From Oopsacas minuta (Eukaryota; Animalia; Porifera): DNA of 25,890 bases. Position 1 is the stretch's first letter, and the number at the start of each line of letters is the position of its first letter. Below are positions 1-9,912 of the stretch, one piece after another. The DNA is taken from assembly GCA_024704765.1 (NCBI GenBank), contig JAKMXF010000277.1, positions 540,978 through 566,867 on the forward strand, given 5' to 3'. The notes under the pieces were generated by a model. That model saw only the letters and a program-made list of their open reading frames with translations, made no database searches and was not told the origin of the DNA. Made by a program: the position numbers and the translations under genes.

Positions 1-421
1 GAGTATGATAGAATATGCAAAAATATCTTGATAACTTGAATATCTTTGGACATAGAAATTAGCCTAATACACCATTCGAAAGCAAATATGCGACTTACTA
101 TTACCAAATAATATATCTAAAGGGGCTAAGTCAAAGGAATTAGAAAATTCGGACAATTTAAAGTCAAGTTTGGGAAAGTGACACAGCAAAAATATAAAAC
201 CGCAAGGGTCAACTCGAAATATTTTTCAAATTTATGTCTCGCATTTCCTAGAAAAGAGTAAAGGCAACTTTTGCCTTAGATAGAAGTTGAAGCGATGATG
301 TATACTTTCTTCGATCCGACCTAGTATATATCAATAATTTCTTATTCTTGAAGGCCTATACTTTTTCCATTGTAAAATGTTCGATTATGAATTTAACCTA
401 TTTACCGCTCAAAACCGTTAA

Positions 422-980
422 TCTAGATTATTAAATCTCAATTGTTGTCTGTGTGTTCGTTTGTTCGTTGTCAAGGAAAGGCTTGACGGTATGCAATTTT
501 GAAATTGTAGCATAAATATATATTTATTGTGTTCATCAAGGAGGCAAATAGGATTCAATAAAACTTCACTAAATATATCGAACATGCTGAACCCGATTAT
601 CACACTTTTAGATTAATCATGTGTAAATTTATTGTTGTTTTTATGAATACAAAGTAAACAAATTTCAAAATTGCGGTAGAATCATACTTTCAAGGACTAT
701 ACTGGGGTAATCGAGTATACTCAGTCCGAATCTGGTATTGTAAACAGCATTTCGTGAATATTTGTTTACTTTTAAGTACATAAAGTAAATAAATTTCAAA
801 ATTGAGGTAGAACATACTTTCTACGACTATACTGGGGTACTCGAGCATCCTGACTCTGAATGTTGTAAACAACATCAATATTATTGAATCTCAATTGTGG
901 TTTGCCTGTTGTTTGTCCGTTGAACACCTCGAGGCGCAATGCGCCAAGTTAATCGCGAAGCAACGAGCCAAAGGCTCGTA
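422..980 (+). mobile_element. Helitron-like non-autonomous element, copy 1
   Basis: Starts A|TC followed by TATTAAATCTCAATTG and a short TGTC/TGTT microsatellite. Contains ~131-bp tandem units (starts at 651 and 782) and a 3' hairpin ACGAGCC-AAA-GGCTCGT (963-979). Clearly homologous to the inverted copy at 21124-21815. No terminal CTRR after the hairpin, so the Helitron assignment is by architecture only. Confidence 0.6.
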
Positions 981-1713
981 TTATATATAAATTATTATGT
1001 TTTAGTCCAATCGATTATCTCTGTAGATAAGTATTCGTAATCAATGTGAAATTTACTTTCATTTTAGGGGTCACATCTCACATGACTACGTTTAGAAAAC
1101 AATTTCTTGACAACGTAGGAATATACTACCAAAGGCTAGCTAGCATATCCCCTTTGGGTTTGCTAGCAACCCCAATAATAGAGAACTTTCGTGAACCCCT
1201 AGCAACCTGCGGGTTGATGACAGTAGCCCTAGGTCTGCTAGCAACACATAACATCCCATAGGTACGCCTTTGTGTGCTTCATTCCATCCTCAATAGTTTT
1301 CGAAAAATAGTCAAGTAATTGATAAAATACTGTAAATTTGATGCTGATTACGAGTCTGGTGGTTAAAATTGCTAAAGAAACTAATAAATACACAAAATTT
1401 CGTATACATCACTAAAAGACCCATAGCATAAGTATATACAGTGGAAATCGAGGTTTTTCCACCGAGTATTTGCCTCCCCGCGGAATTTGCCTAATTGTAA
1501 TTGCTTGTTTCCATACGCGGCGATCCCAAAATCTTTGGGGCGAACTTTTCTAACACACAAACTTATATAATCAACGTATAAAGAAACTCGCGTCATAACC
1601 GTGTCGGATATAACAAAATGATTATTCAATCCCTATAACTTGAAAGTGATTCTTTGTATTCTGCTTATAATTCCGTTTATAATCAAATGAAATTGGAATA
1701 CAGATGAATTCTA

Positions 1714-3041
1714 CTTTGGGCATCCCAAAGGTTCCAATCTTTTGTAATATCTTAACACTACAACTATTTACTAAACAAATTTCTACATAAAATGTTGGAA
1801 ATACTCCCCCTCTGCATCTATGTTAGTTTTAGCCTTTCAATCCACATCGAAAATGTTTTTTTGTACTCCTCTCTGTCCACTAAATTGAGGTAGTGGTAAA
1901 TTCCGCTTCCTGACTATTGTCGGGTATGAAATAGCCATCCTCTGAGATGTTTTTTCAATTCAGGAAATAGCCAGAAATCACAAGGTGATAGATCTGGGGA
2001 ATACGGAAGATGTTCCATCGTTTCAAACCCGATATCTTCAATGACTTCCCTATCTTGTTTTGAAACATGGTTTCTGGCATTATCGTGAAGCAGTTTGATA
2101 CCTCGAGTTTCTTGTACGTGGACGTCGTGTTTTATAGACTTTCCCACTTCTCTCAGGCATTTATCTGTTTAAAATTCTACATTGAGTCGTTCCGCTTTAG
2201 GCCCAGGTATTTGAGCCACTGGCCCATACGCATCAAAAAATATCTGTAGAGGGCCTTATTGTCTCGGAAGTCCTGATATGCCTATTCGGGGGATAAGAAC
2301 CTATTGGGGGCCACGATTTGCTTTGTTCCTTGCGCTGAGCTTCAGAAAATTTAATCCAAGTTTAGTCACCAGTAACGATTTCACAAACCTTCGGGAATCA
2401 CAATCTCTATATTCTTTAAGCAATTTTTCGCGCATGAAACCTCTTCTCCTTTTGCCCCTTTGTGAGGATCTTTGGTATCCATCGCGCTGAAATCTTTCGA
2501 TAATCGAGATAATCGTGTAGAGTTGTATGAACTCTTTCCGATGAGATGTCCAGAATTAGGCAAATCTTTTCAACGCTCAAATGGGGTCAATATCCAAAAG
2601 TTCCAGAATTTCATAGGCAATTTCAGGGGTGGTAGCAGAAATTGTTCTTTCGGTCCGAGGGGTATCTTCAATGCCGCCCCTACCAGCATGAAATTTACAT
2701 GGCCATTCCATTACAGTGGGATACGCTAGAGCTTCCCCATGATAAACGGTGAAGAGATCCTCATGTATCTGGAGTGTTTTGTCGCCGAGTACGGTACGAA
2801 TCTTGATGTAAGCTCGTTGTTCGGTTTTCCTTGATATGTGTTTGAAGCCATGAAAGAGATGGCTCTCGAAAATAGGATAAATTGAAAGTAGGATAGATCA
2901 AGATATCTAATAGCTAGAGTGAATTCCTCAACAGCATTAAATAGGTAATCGTAGGACTATTAGGATGTACTATGCATTTCATGTAATCGAGTAGAGTTTG
3001 GCTGTTATAAACTAAGGATGGGAACTTTTTGAATGCTCAAG
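1714..3041 (-). mobile_element. Full-length (~1.33 kb) mariner (DD34D) DNA transposon, inactivated
   Basis: Imperfect ~29-bp TIRs (CTTTGGGCATCCCAAAGGTTCC at 1714; reverse complement of the right end CTTGAGCATTCAAAAAGTTCC), each flanked by TA (1712-1713, 3042-3043). Encloses a mariner transposase pseudogene. Confidence 0.9.
1783..2851 (-). pseudogene. Mariner transposase pseudogene
   Basis: Translation across frameshifts and stops gives an HTH region (EQRAYIKIRTVLG), RKISARWIPK, IVTGD*TW, LLHDNA and PYSPDLSPCDF with 34 residues between the second and third Asp, ending EGEYFQHFM* (stop 1783-1785). Confidence 0.92.
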
Positions 3042-3227
3042 TATATTTTTAGAGTTTACTGGATGTGAGGATTTACTGTCCGGTTTAACCAGGGCTTTGA
3101 ATGTATCATCATATATGATATATATATATAATATCGATAGTTTTCAGAAAGAGATAAATCAATCAGTATCATATTACTTGGAATGAAGTGATATTCTTAT
3201 CATAAATAGGAATTTACGACCAAGGCG

Positions 3228-4803
3228 TTGCTGAACTATCCTATCGTCAAGCAAATCATCAATGCGCAACGCGAAGGCAAGGCCCCGTTACCTCTCCCGA
3301 CAGTGACCGCCATCGACGAACGGGTCGTCGATTGGTGGTCAATGGAGAGATGCCGCTGTGTGTGGTCGAGAATAGCTCCGTCCTGCTCCTTGTCCACAGC
3401 CTCAACGACCGTTACACCGTGGCGTCGAGTTACAAGCTGAGGAAGGGGGTGAACGTGTCCATTCAAGCAATGGAGAAACTCATCAGCAGCTCCAGGATCG
3501 TGACACTCACCATCGATGGGTATAGTTCACGACGGGGTGAGTTTCATAGCCCAAGTCTTGCTATAAACAATAATGAAGTGGAAGTTGGGAAGCAATCTTG
3601 TGCTTATTGGAACGACAACGACTCTAACTTACTGAAGGCCTGTGGTAATGAAATGGAGTTGAACTGCGTGGATGACTAGGATGAGGAATTTGGAGGGCGT
3701 GGCAGAGGTGAAGTCGATCACGGAAGGCAATGACGAAAATTCAGTGGCTCTCCTACCAATTGAGTGCCACTTTGCGGAAAGGTCCAAGACATTGCTGGAG
3801 GAGGGTGACGGCGTGCTTCCTGAGGCTTTGAGACAAATTGGTCTCCAGTTGTTTCAGTATCGCTGAGCCAATCATTTGATGAATATGGCAGTCGGCGATG
3901 CTCTCGAATCGCCATTACAGAAACAAGTTGCTCTCAAATATCGCTATTGATTGTTAAGGCAGGAAGTGGTGTATCTGTGTGAAAACTCTTACGTTTGCGC
4001 AGAAGTGTTCCACATCCCCACTTCAACATCATGGTGATGAACGAGACGCGGTGGAATTCGATGTGCTGGATGATCGAATCCATTGGTGCCAATAAAGGGA
4101 AGCTGGATCCCAGAAAGCCTTAAGAGTCCAGTTGCTTCTGCACATGAGATTCGTATCCTTAAGGAGACAAGGGAAGCATTAGCGCCGGTGGTGGAACTTA
4201 CGAAGTTGCAAGAGTACGGTCGTCCACTTCAGGGCTGTTGCTCTGCGCTCTCGAAATGCTCGCAAAGAAGCTTGCCGCTGACTGCTCTGATTTATACAAG
4301 ACAATCAGAAGTGTCGTCGCTGCGAGATTAGTGATCCTTGTTCCGATCCGTAATACAAGATCGTGGCCCTTCTTGAGGAAAGGTGCTGTTACCTGTTCAA
4401 GGATAACGCTTAGTAAAGGGAGCTCCTCAACCTAACCATCGGGATCGTCCAAGCTCACCTGGAGGCCTTGGAGTTAGTATGTCCAGCTAGCTCATCCAGT
4501 ACTACCACTCTGCCTTCCCTCAAGAAGCAGAGTGGTAGCACTGACAATCTCTGAAGCGTCAACGGCTTAGATGGGAGCGCGCGACATTTTCGCGGCAGAA
4601 TAGATGGGGTTTTCATGGAAATGGCACCAAAGTCGGCCAATATTGTGCGCTGAACGAAGCCAAGCTACCGATTCTTGCAGAGCTGGCGAAGGTGTACATC
4701 TTAGCGCCAACGTCGGAGGGGAAGCGGCTGTTCAGTGTGGTGGGAGAGTGGCGAGTGCTCACAGGAGCAGCCTTCTTCCCTGCACTATGGAAAACCTCGC
4801 CGT
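3228..4803 (+). pseudogene. Outer hAT transposase pseudogene (no BED finger seen; continues at 7317 after the nested insertion)
   Basis: hAT motifs lie in shifting frames. Removing the nested element and one TSD copy restores ...RSSLLPCTMENLAILKHRES, resembling the RxxLxPxxxExLxxLK tail of hAT transposases. Confidence 0.8.
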
Positions 4804-7308
4804 TAGTGATGTTGAACGAATATCATTTTAAAATAATCGGTTATCGAATAGTTAATTCGTAAAGTAACCGATTAATCGGTTATAATCGGTTAAACTCAAT
4901 TATCATTATATTCTGCCTTTAATTGCTAGTACTCTCCTGTATTTTAATTTATCAAATGAAATCAAATTAGACATAATAATGAGTTAATGACTAATGATGA
5001 AGAAATCCTAAAATCTAATAATTTATCATTACTTTATCTCTTGCTTCTTGAAATATGACTTTAAGATCATTAAGCTATCAACCGAGTTTTCACTCAACCG
5101 TGATCTCAACTTCGTCACAAAAAGTCCTGCTGCTGAGAAAGCACGTTCTGCCTCAACGCTTGTCGGAGGAATTGTATTCAGTACTTCCTCTATTGAAGGA
5201 ATATTTTTGGATTTGTCTCCAGTGGCTTCAAATAAGGCCATTTCCTTTATCAGAGATAGAAATCCAATATCTTCTTTCGGGGTTCTTACATGAGTTGTAG
5301 AATTTTGTATTGCTCTTTTTAATTGCTCAGCAAGTAATATCGGAGAGCTACGTATTTCAACGTCTTCAATGTCTTCCGAAGTCTCCTGAGAATTTTAAAT
5401 TACACTATCGAATTGTTCAGTTCCATGCTGTGAATATAATTGTGAAAGGATCATTTTCATTGTCTTTTGCACTTCTTCTCTTTTAATACACGGATCCTCC
5501 CTTATCGAATTAGGATTCAATAAATATTTCATAACATTGATAAGATTAGACTGCCGCCTCGTTAAATCTTTGTCTTAGGTTCTGCAATAATTGTAAGGAG
5601 AACTCTGAACCAACCATTTCAAGTTTCTGGAACATAAAATAGATTATCCCTTCTGCACTGAGTAAATTTGCGTCACGCTGGCATAGAGCAGATATTCCCA
5701 TTTAGATGGGTTTTAAACAACTGCAAATGTTTTCCAACACTTGCCAATCAAGTTCACAAACTTCCGTGTTTAAATTGATATCGATCATTGCTTTGCATAG
5801 TGGTTTTCTTACAGTTAACAATCGATTAATCATACTAATTAAGCTATTCCACCTAGTTTTGCAATCCATGACTAGATTTGAAGTTTTTCCTAAATCCTCC
5901 TTTATGTACGACTGAAGTACTTCATTTTTTAATGGGGACTTCCTAAATATACGAACGATATTTCGAAACTTAACGATAACAGTTTCTATATTTATTTTCA
6001 AAGGCGGGATAAACATGTCTTCATCAATTTCACCGTCAACTTTATCTGAGAAAATTGATTGACCTCAGTATCTTCTGCACCACAAAGGCCATCATTATAT
6101 GAGTCAGAGATAGTCGACTGAATTTGAGATGTGCCAATTGGCTCTTCGTCCGTTCCTTCATCATAAATAGGAATCCTATTCTTGGAGTATAATACTGTAA
6201 CCACTGCTAAATGTACCCCGTGAGCCAAACAAAGTTGCTGATGAATACGACTTAGTCTTCCCATCTTCACCATGACAGGGGCTCCATCACAGGTGATGCT
6301 AACAATATGCTTCTGCAACTCAATATTGAATTCAATCAATATCCTTTCCAAAAGCTCAAGAACCTTCTCAGCTGGCATCTTTCCATAAATACGCTTCATT
6401 CCAAGGTTCCAAAAGTTATTGATGCTATGTATATTGACATTCATATACAGTTTATTTTGGATAGAAGTATATTCATCCAAGGACACGCTCATCCTTTTTC
6501 CATTAGCAAGCAAAAACTGTAACTGAGTAGTGATCACTCCCTTAAAATGATTTGCATACCTCCAAACCATTCTTGAAACTGTAGAATGGTCTGGAATTGG
6601 GGTGAAACCCTATTCTTGTAATGAAGAACGGATAAATTTACTTTGGCTGATTTTCAGATAACTGAAACAATCCTCAGCAGCTAACCTAGCAATTACCTCA
6701 TCCAAACTTTGTTTTGGAAAATAATGGTAACAAACTTTGAGTACTATGTTTCTTCGAAGGGGGTTCGTTGTCAGAAATGTGATTCAGGCCCAATTGGATG
6801 TTATGTATCAAAAGATGATTTCTTAACCCAGTAGTTGTACTGCCTTTACAACTTACATTCTTCTTACAAATAAGGCATTTGGCTTCTTCCCCATATTTCT
6901 CAAAATGTTTCCACACCTCAGACCTTTTAGCCATAATACCGTAGTATTGTAAGTATAGAAGTAACGATTTATAGAAAAGCTAGAATATTCAAAATTATGC
7001 TGTAACAAATACGTTTACAGATAATTATACAGATAAATATGCCTATCGCCGTATGCCTATAAACTACTATATCTAGCAATTAGGTCTCTAGCCGTTAAAA
7101 CATAATTCAAGAATACATAGAATGACAATTGTGTGATATTTTAATAGAAATTCCAATAGAAACTTTATTGTTGACTAAAAGGTGAAATTTTGAAAATAAC
7201 CGATTAATCGAAGTAGAATAATCAGTTATCGATAATAAGTTAAATTTCAATAATCGATTAAATAATCGATTAAATAATCGAATATTTACTAATCGGTTAC
7301 CATCCCTA
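4804..7308 (-). mobile_element. Inner hAT DNA transposon (~2.5 kb), nested
   Basis: Imperfect TIRs TAGTGATGTTGAACGAAT (4804) vs TAGGGATGGTAACCGATT (reverse complement ending at 7308). 8-bp TSD CTCGCCGT (4796-4803) / CTCGCCAT (7309-7316). Clustered TAATCGRTTA subterminal repeats at both ends. Confidence 0.93.
5029..6934 (-). pseudogene. BED-finger hAT transposase pseudogene
   Basis: N-terminal BED finger (VWKHF..CLIC..LRNHLLIH), then SLDEYTS (D1), ITCDGA (D2), CLAH, CKTRWNSL and PPTSVEAERAFSAAG (catalytic Glu region). Broken by several stops and frameshifts. Confidence 0.93.
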
Positions 7309-8690
7309 CTCGCCATTCTCAAACACAGGGAAAGTTAAATGCTACAACTCAAAGTACGTATTGTCTATGTCTATATTATATTACTCCTTTGCAGACGTGG
7401 CGATAGCAATAGAAGATGAAGAGGAACTGTCAAGCCTGAACATATCGTTCGAGTGAAAATTTTGAGTGAAAATTATCAGTGAAGATTAGATCTGATATAT
7501 ATATATATATAATAGTTGAGTTTTAGTGAACGTATATATTATTCATAAACTGATATCATTTGGACGATATGATATATATATACCATACGTATATGAGATA
7601 TATCATATCAGATATATATCTGATATGATATAATCAAAGCCCTGTTTTAACCGGACCACTTTTGGTGTTGTTAGACTGTTTCTATGGTAGTGAGATTTAA
7701 ACAGGAATCCTTTCATCTGGTTGCCATAATTATTTAACCGTCCACTTCAAAATATGTGACACCTGGCTTGTGACTAACCCTAATGGTCATACCCACTAAC
7801 CCCAATGCGGATTAGGATTAACTTTATGGTGGTAATATATAATCCTAGATTAGCTAGAATTACAGGTTGGAAGAGCAGTAGTATTACATTTTATCAGACT
7901 TTCTAGAGTTAGATTTTTACTGTTGATTAGTGTCAGTAATGCTTCTGGGTGTTGCCCAGATGTCTTGCTACCGTTGTAGTTTTGGGTGTATTGAGTGATA
8001 CAAAGGGATTTTAATGAGATACTTCTAAAAGTAGTGAAATTATTTGTTGTAAAGGGAGGATTTTTACATTTTATGCATCTTCTAAATATATTTTCTGATT
8101 TTTTCCATTCCAATCTTGTCAGGAATGCTCCACTGTTCTATGTTCTGGGATAATTTTAATCATATACTTATTGATCACTCCACCCGTTGAGCATATTCAG
8201 TAGTCAGCAGGGATATCGCCAGGATTCTTACATATGAGGGTAAAGGAATTACTAGTGGGACACAAAATTTCCAGGGTGGTAAGGTGTTTCAACGAGCTTA
8301 GCAGGAAGTATGCCAAGTGGTGGATCTATACATTCGAGTAAGGTATAACCATCCAACTGGGCAGTGGCTTCGTGTGATCTTGAAATTTGGGGAAACACAA
8401 GTTCAATCTGGCGAGCAACAAGTTCAATATGAGGGTCTATGGGGCCCTGTGAACAATCAGTAAGGTCCAGGAGCGAGACCCATATCAAGAAATAACGTTA
8501 GCTCTTCATTTTATAGAATCACATGTTTATTAGATTAATAGCCCTACTAATATATATATTTAACAGGAATTGTTTTCAATTTATCATCAACTTTTTGAAG
8601 ATAATCTACAAGGGGCCACGTAACATATTTATTTTTGCTATAAATAAGAAATTTTCGATATATACATATTAATTAAAGCCATCAAGGGCC

Positions 8691-9235
8691 CAGAGTTTCA
8701 AATGAGCCATATCAAGTGACCCATGACCCACGTGACCCATACGACCCATGGGCCATAACCCATCTTGACCCATTAACTCAACACAGTTTAATACTAAGAG
8801 ATTCATGTTAAAAATGATTTCATTTAACTCATGATATTATGCTGTTTTTGTCCCCCTCCAAAACTACCGAGACAGCCTCCACAGTCTCGGGTAACATTGA
8901 TTTTCATTGGGAATTTATAATATTGCGAGCTTTAAAAGCATTAAAACGCCTCTCGCTTTCTACTGAAGATACTTAGATTATAAAAATCCGCATAACTATA
9001 TTAGATAACAATTGAAATTCAATTTTAGCATTATTAAATTTTGACAATAATATTTACGTTATAAAACGTAATTGTTGATAATACTAATAACTTTTGGACA
9101 TTAATGTGTAGCCAATCGCTTATAAATTCATTATATTTATTCCAAATACACTAAATGCATAAAAGTACTGGTGGGTCATGACTCATCAAGCATGACCTAT
9201 AACCCATCGACCCATCTGACCAATTTTCAGCTCTG
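8691..9235. mobile_element. Non-autonomous hAT-type MITE (545 bp)
   Basis: Imperfect TIR CAGAGTTTCAAAT / CAGAGCTGAAAAT, 8-bp TSD CAAGGGCC (8683-8690) / CTAGGGCC (9236-9243), and repeated GACCCAT subterminal motifs near both ends. No coding capacity. Confidence 0.8.
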
Positions 9236-9337
9236 CTAGGGCCAGGGGCGATGATAGGCATGTGGAACATGTTCAACTGCACGAGCCTTGCGGTTGTTTT
9301 ACTGTTTATCAAGGGGAATGCGAAAAGTGTGTGAGAG

Positions 9338-9485
9338 TACACCTAATTTCATAACCCAAATTTCCTTAAATTTTTACCTCTTCCCGTCCCTATGTCAACT
9401 CGTTTTACCAGATTTGTGATTCAGAAAGAATGATCTCTCAAACTTCCCATACCAAACCCCTCACCTTGTAGCGTTACATAACATT
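9338..9485 (-). repeat. Short (~150 bp) dispersed repeat, MITE-like; homologous to 24187-24325
   Basis: Reverse complement TAACGCTACAAGGTGAGGGGTTTGGTATGGGAAG aligns with TAACGCTACCAGGGGAGGGTTGTGGTGTGGTAAT near 24193, with continued weaker similarity. Confidence 0.55.
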
Positions 9486-9706
9486 TGAGCAGCGATTCGG
9501 AACAAATTTTGTTTGTCGACTAAGTAGTACTCAACATTTCTAAATACGAATTATTTTCAAATCGAACCATTTTTGGTCAAGATAAGTTAATTTTTCACAA
9601 ATCGCACATATAAATCAATGCATTTTTGGAGGAATCAGATAGGTCAACGTTGGACAATCAGATTCCTTCCTTCGTATAATATGAAATCTGGTTCAATAAG
9701 ATGCAA

Positions 9707-9912
9707 TGTTGTACCATCATATTGTTATGGATGTTCAAACGTAGCGTTATTAGACAACCACAAATTGCTTACAATAGCCAACTAGTTATGTAGTTATTAT
9801 ATCGTACTTTGTTACTCAACATTAAGTTTGTATCTCTGATTTCATAGCGCAATATACTTATTATCTTTCTTGGTTACTCGTTACGCTAACATAAATACAA
9901 CTAAATCTTACA
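9707..9912 (+). repeat. Candidate 5' LTR of the Gypsy element
   Basis: Ends ...TCTTACA immediately before a PBS-like TGGCGCCAG (9913) and gag. TG starts at 9707 or 9723 are both possible. No second LTR in the window to confirm the 5' boundary. Confidence 0.45.

Larger units (their letters stand above)
3090..7644 (+). mobile_element. Outer hAT DNA transposon (5'-deleted, decayed), interrupted by a nested hAT
   Basis: Terminal inverted repeat CAGGGCTTTGA at 3090 and TCAAAGCCCTG ending at 7644, with AT-rich ATATGATAT subterminal repeats at both ends. Flanks GTTTAAC(C) / TTTTAACC fit a degenerate ~8-bp TSD. Decayed plus-strand transposase shows TLTIDGYSS (first Asp), ETRWNS (~4043-4060) and LPILAELAKVY..APTSEGKRLFS (hAT C-terminal dimerisation region). 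Confidence 0.85.

Noticed and set aside
651-872. Tandem ~131-bp units as a CRISPR-like array
   Set aside because: Whole units are homologous with no unique spacers; eukaryotic context with no cas genes.
1140-1250. Three CTAGCAAC motifs resembling RFX X-box half-sites
   Set aside because: Only 8-bp half-sites with irregular spacing and no adjacent gene start; cannot be distinguished from repeat debris.
5048-6522. Plus-strand ORFs overlapping the inner hAT, and similar antisense ORFs over the Gypsy, mariners and AP2M1
   Set aside because: Antisense shadows of recognised coding sequence.
7650-8500. Moderately GC-rich stretch with minus-strand ORFs 7850-8113 and 8252-8488; faint echoes of LINE endonuclease (LDGYTL) or Gypsy RNase H (PADY)
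   Set aside because: No ordered set of conserved motifs in any frame; left unassigned.
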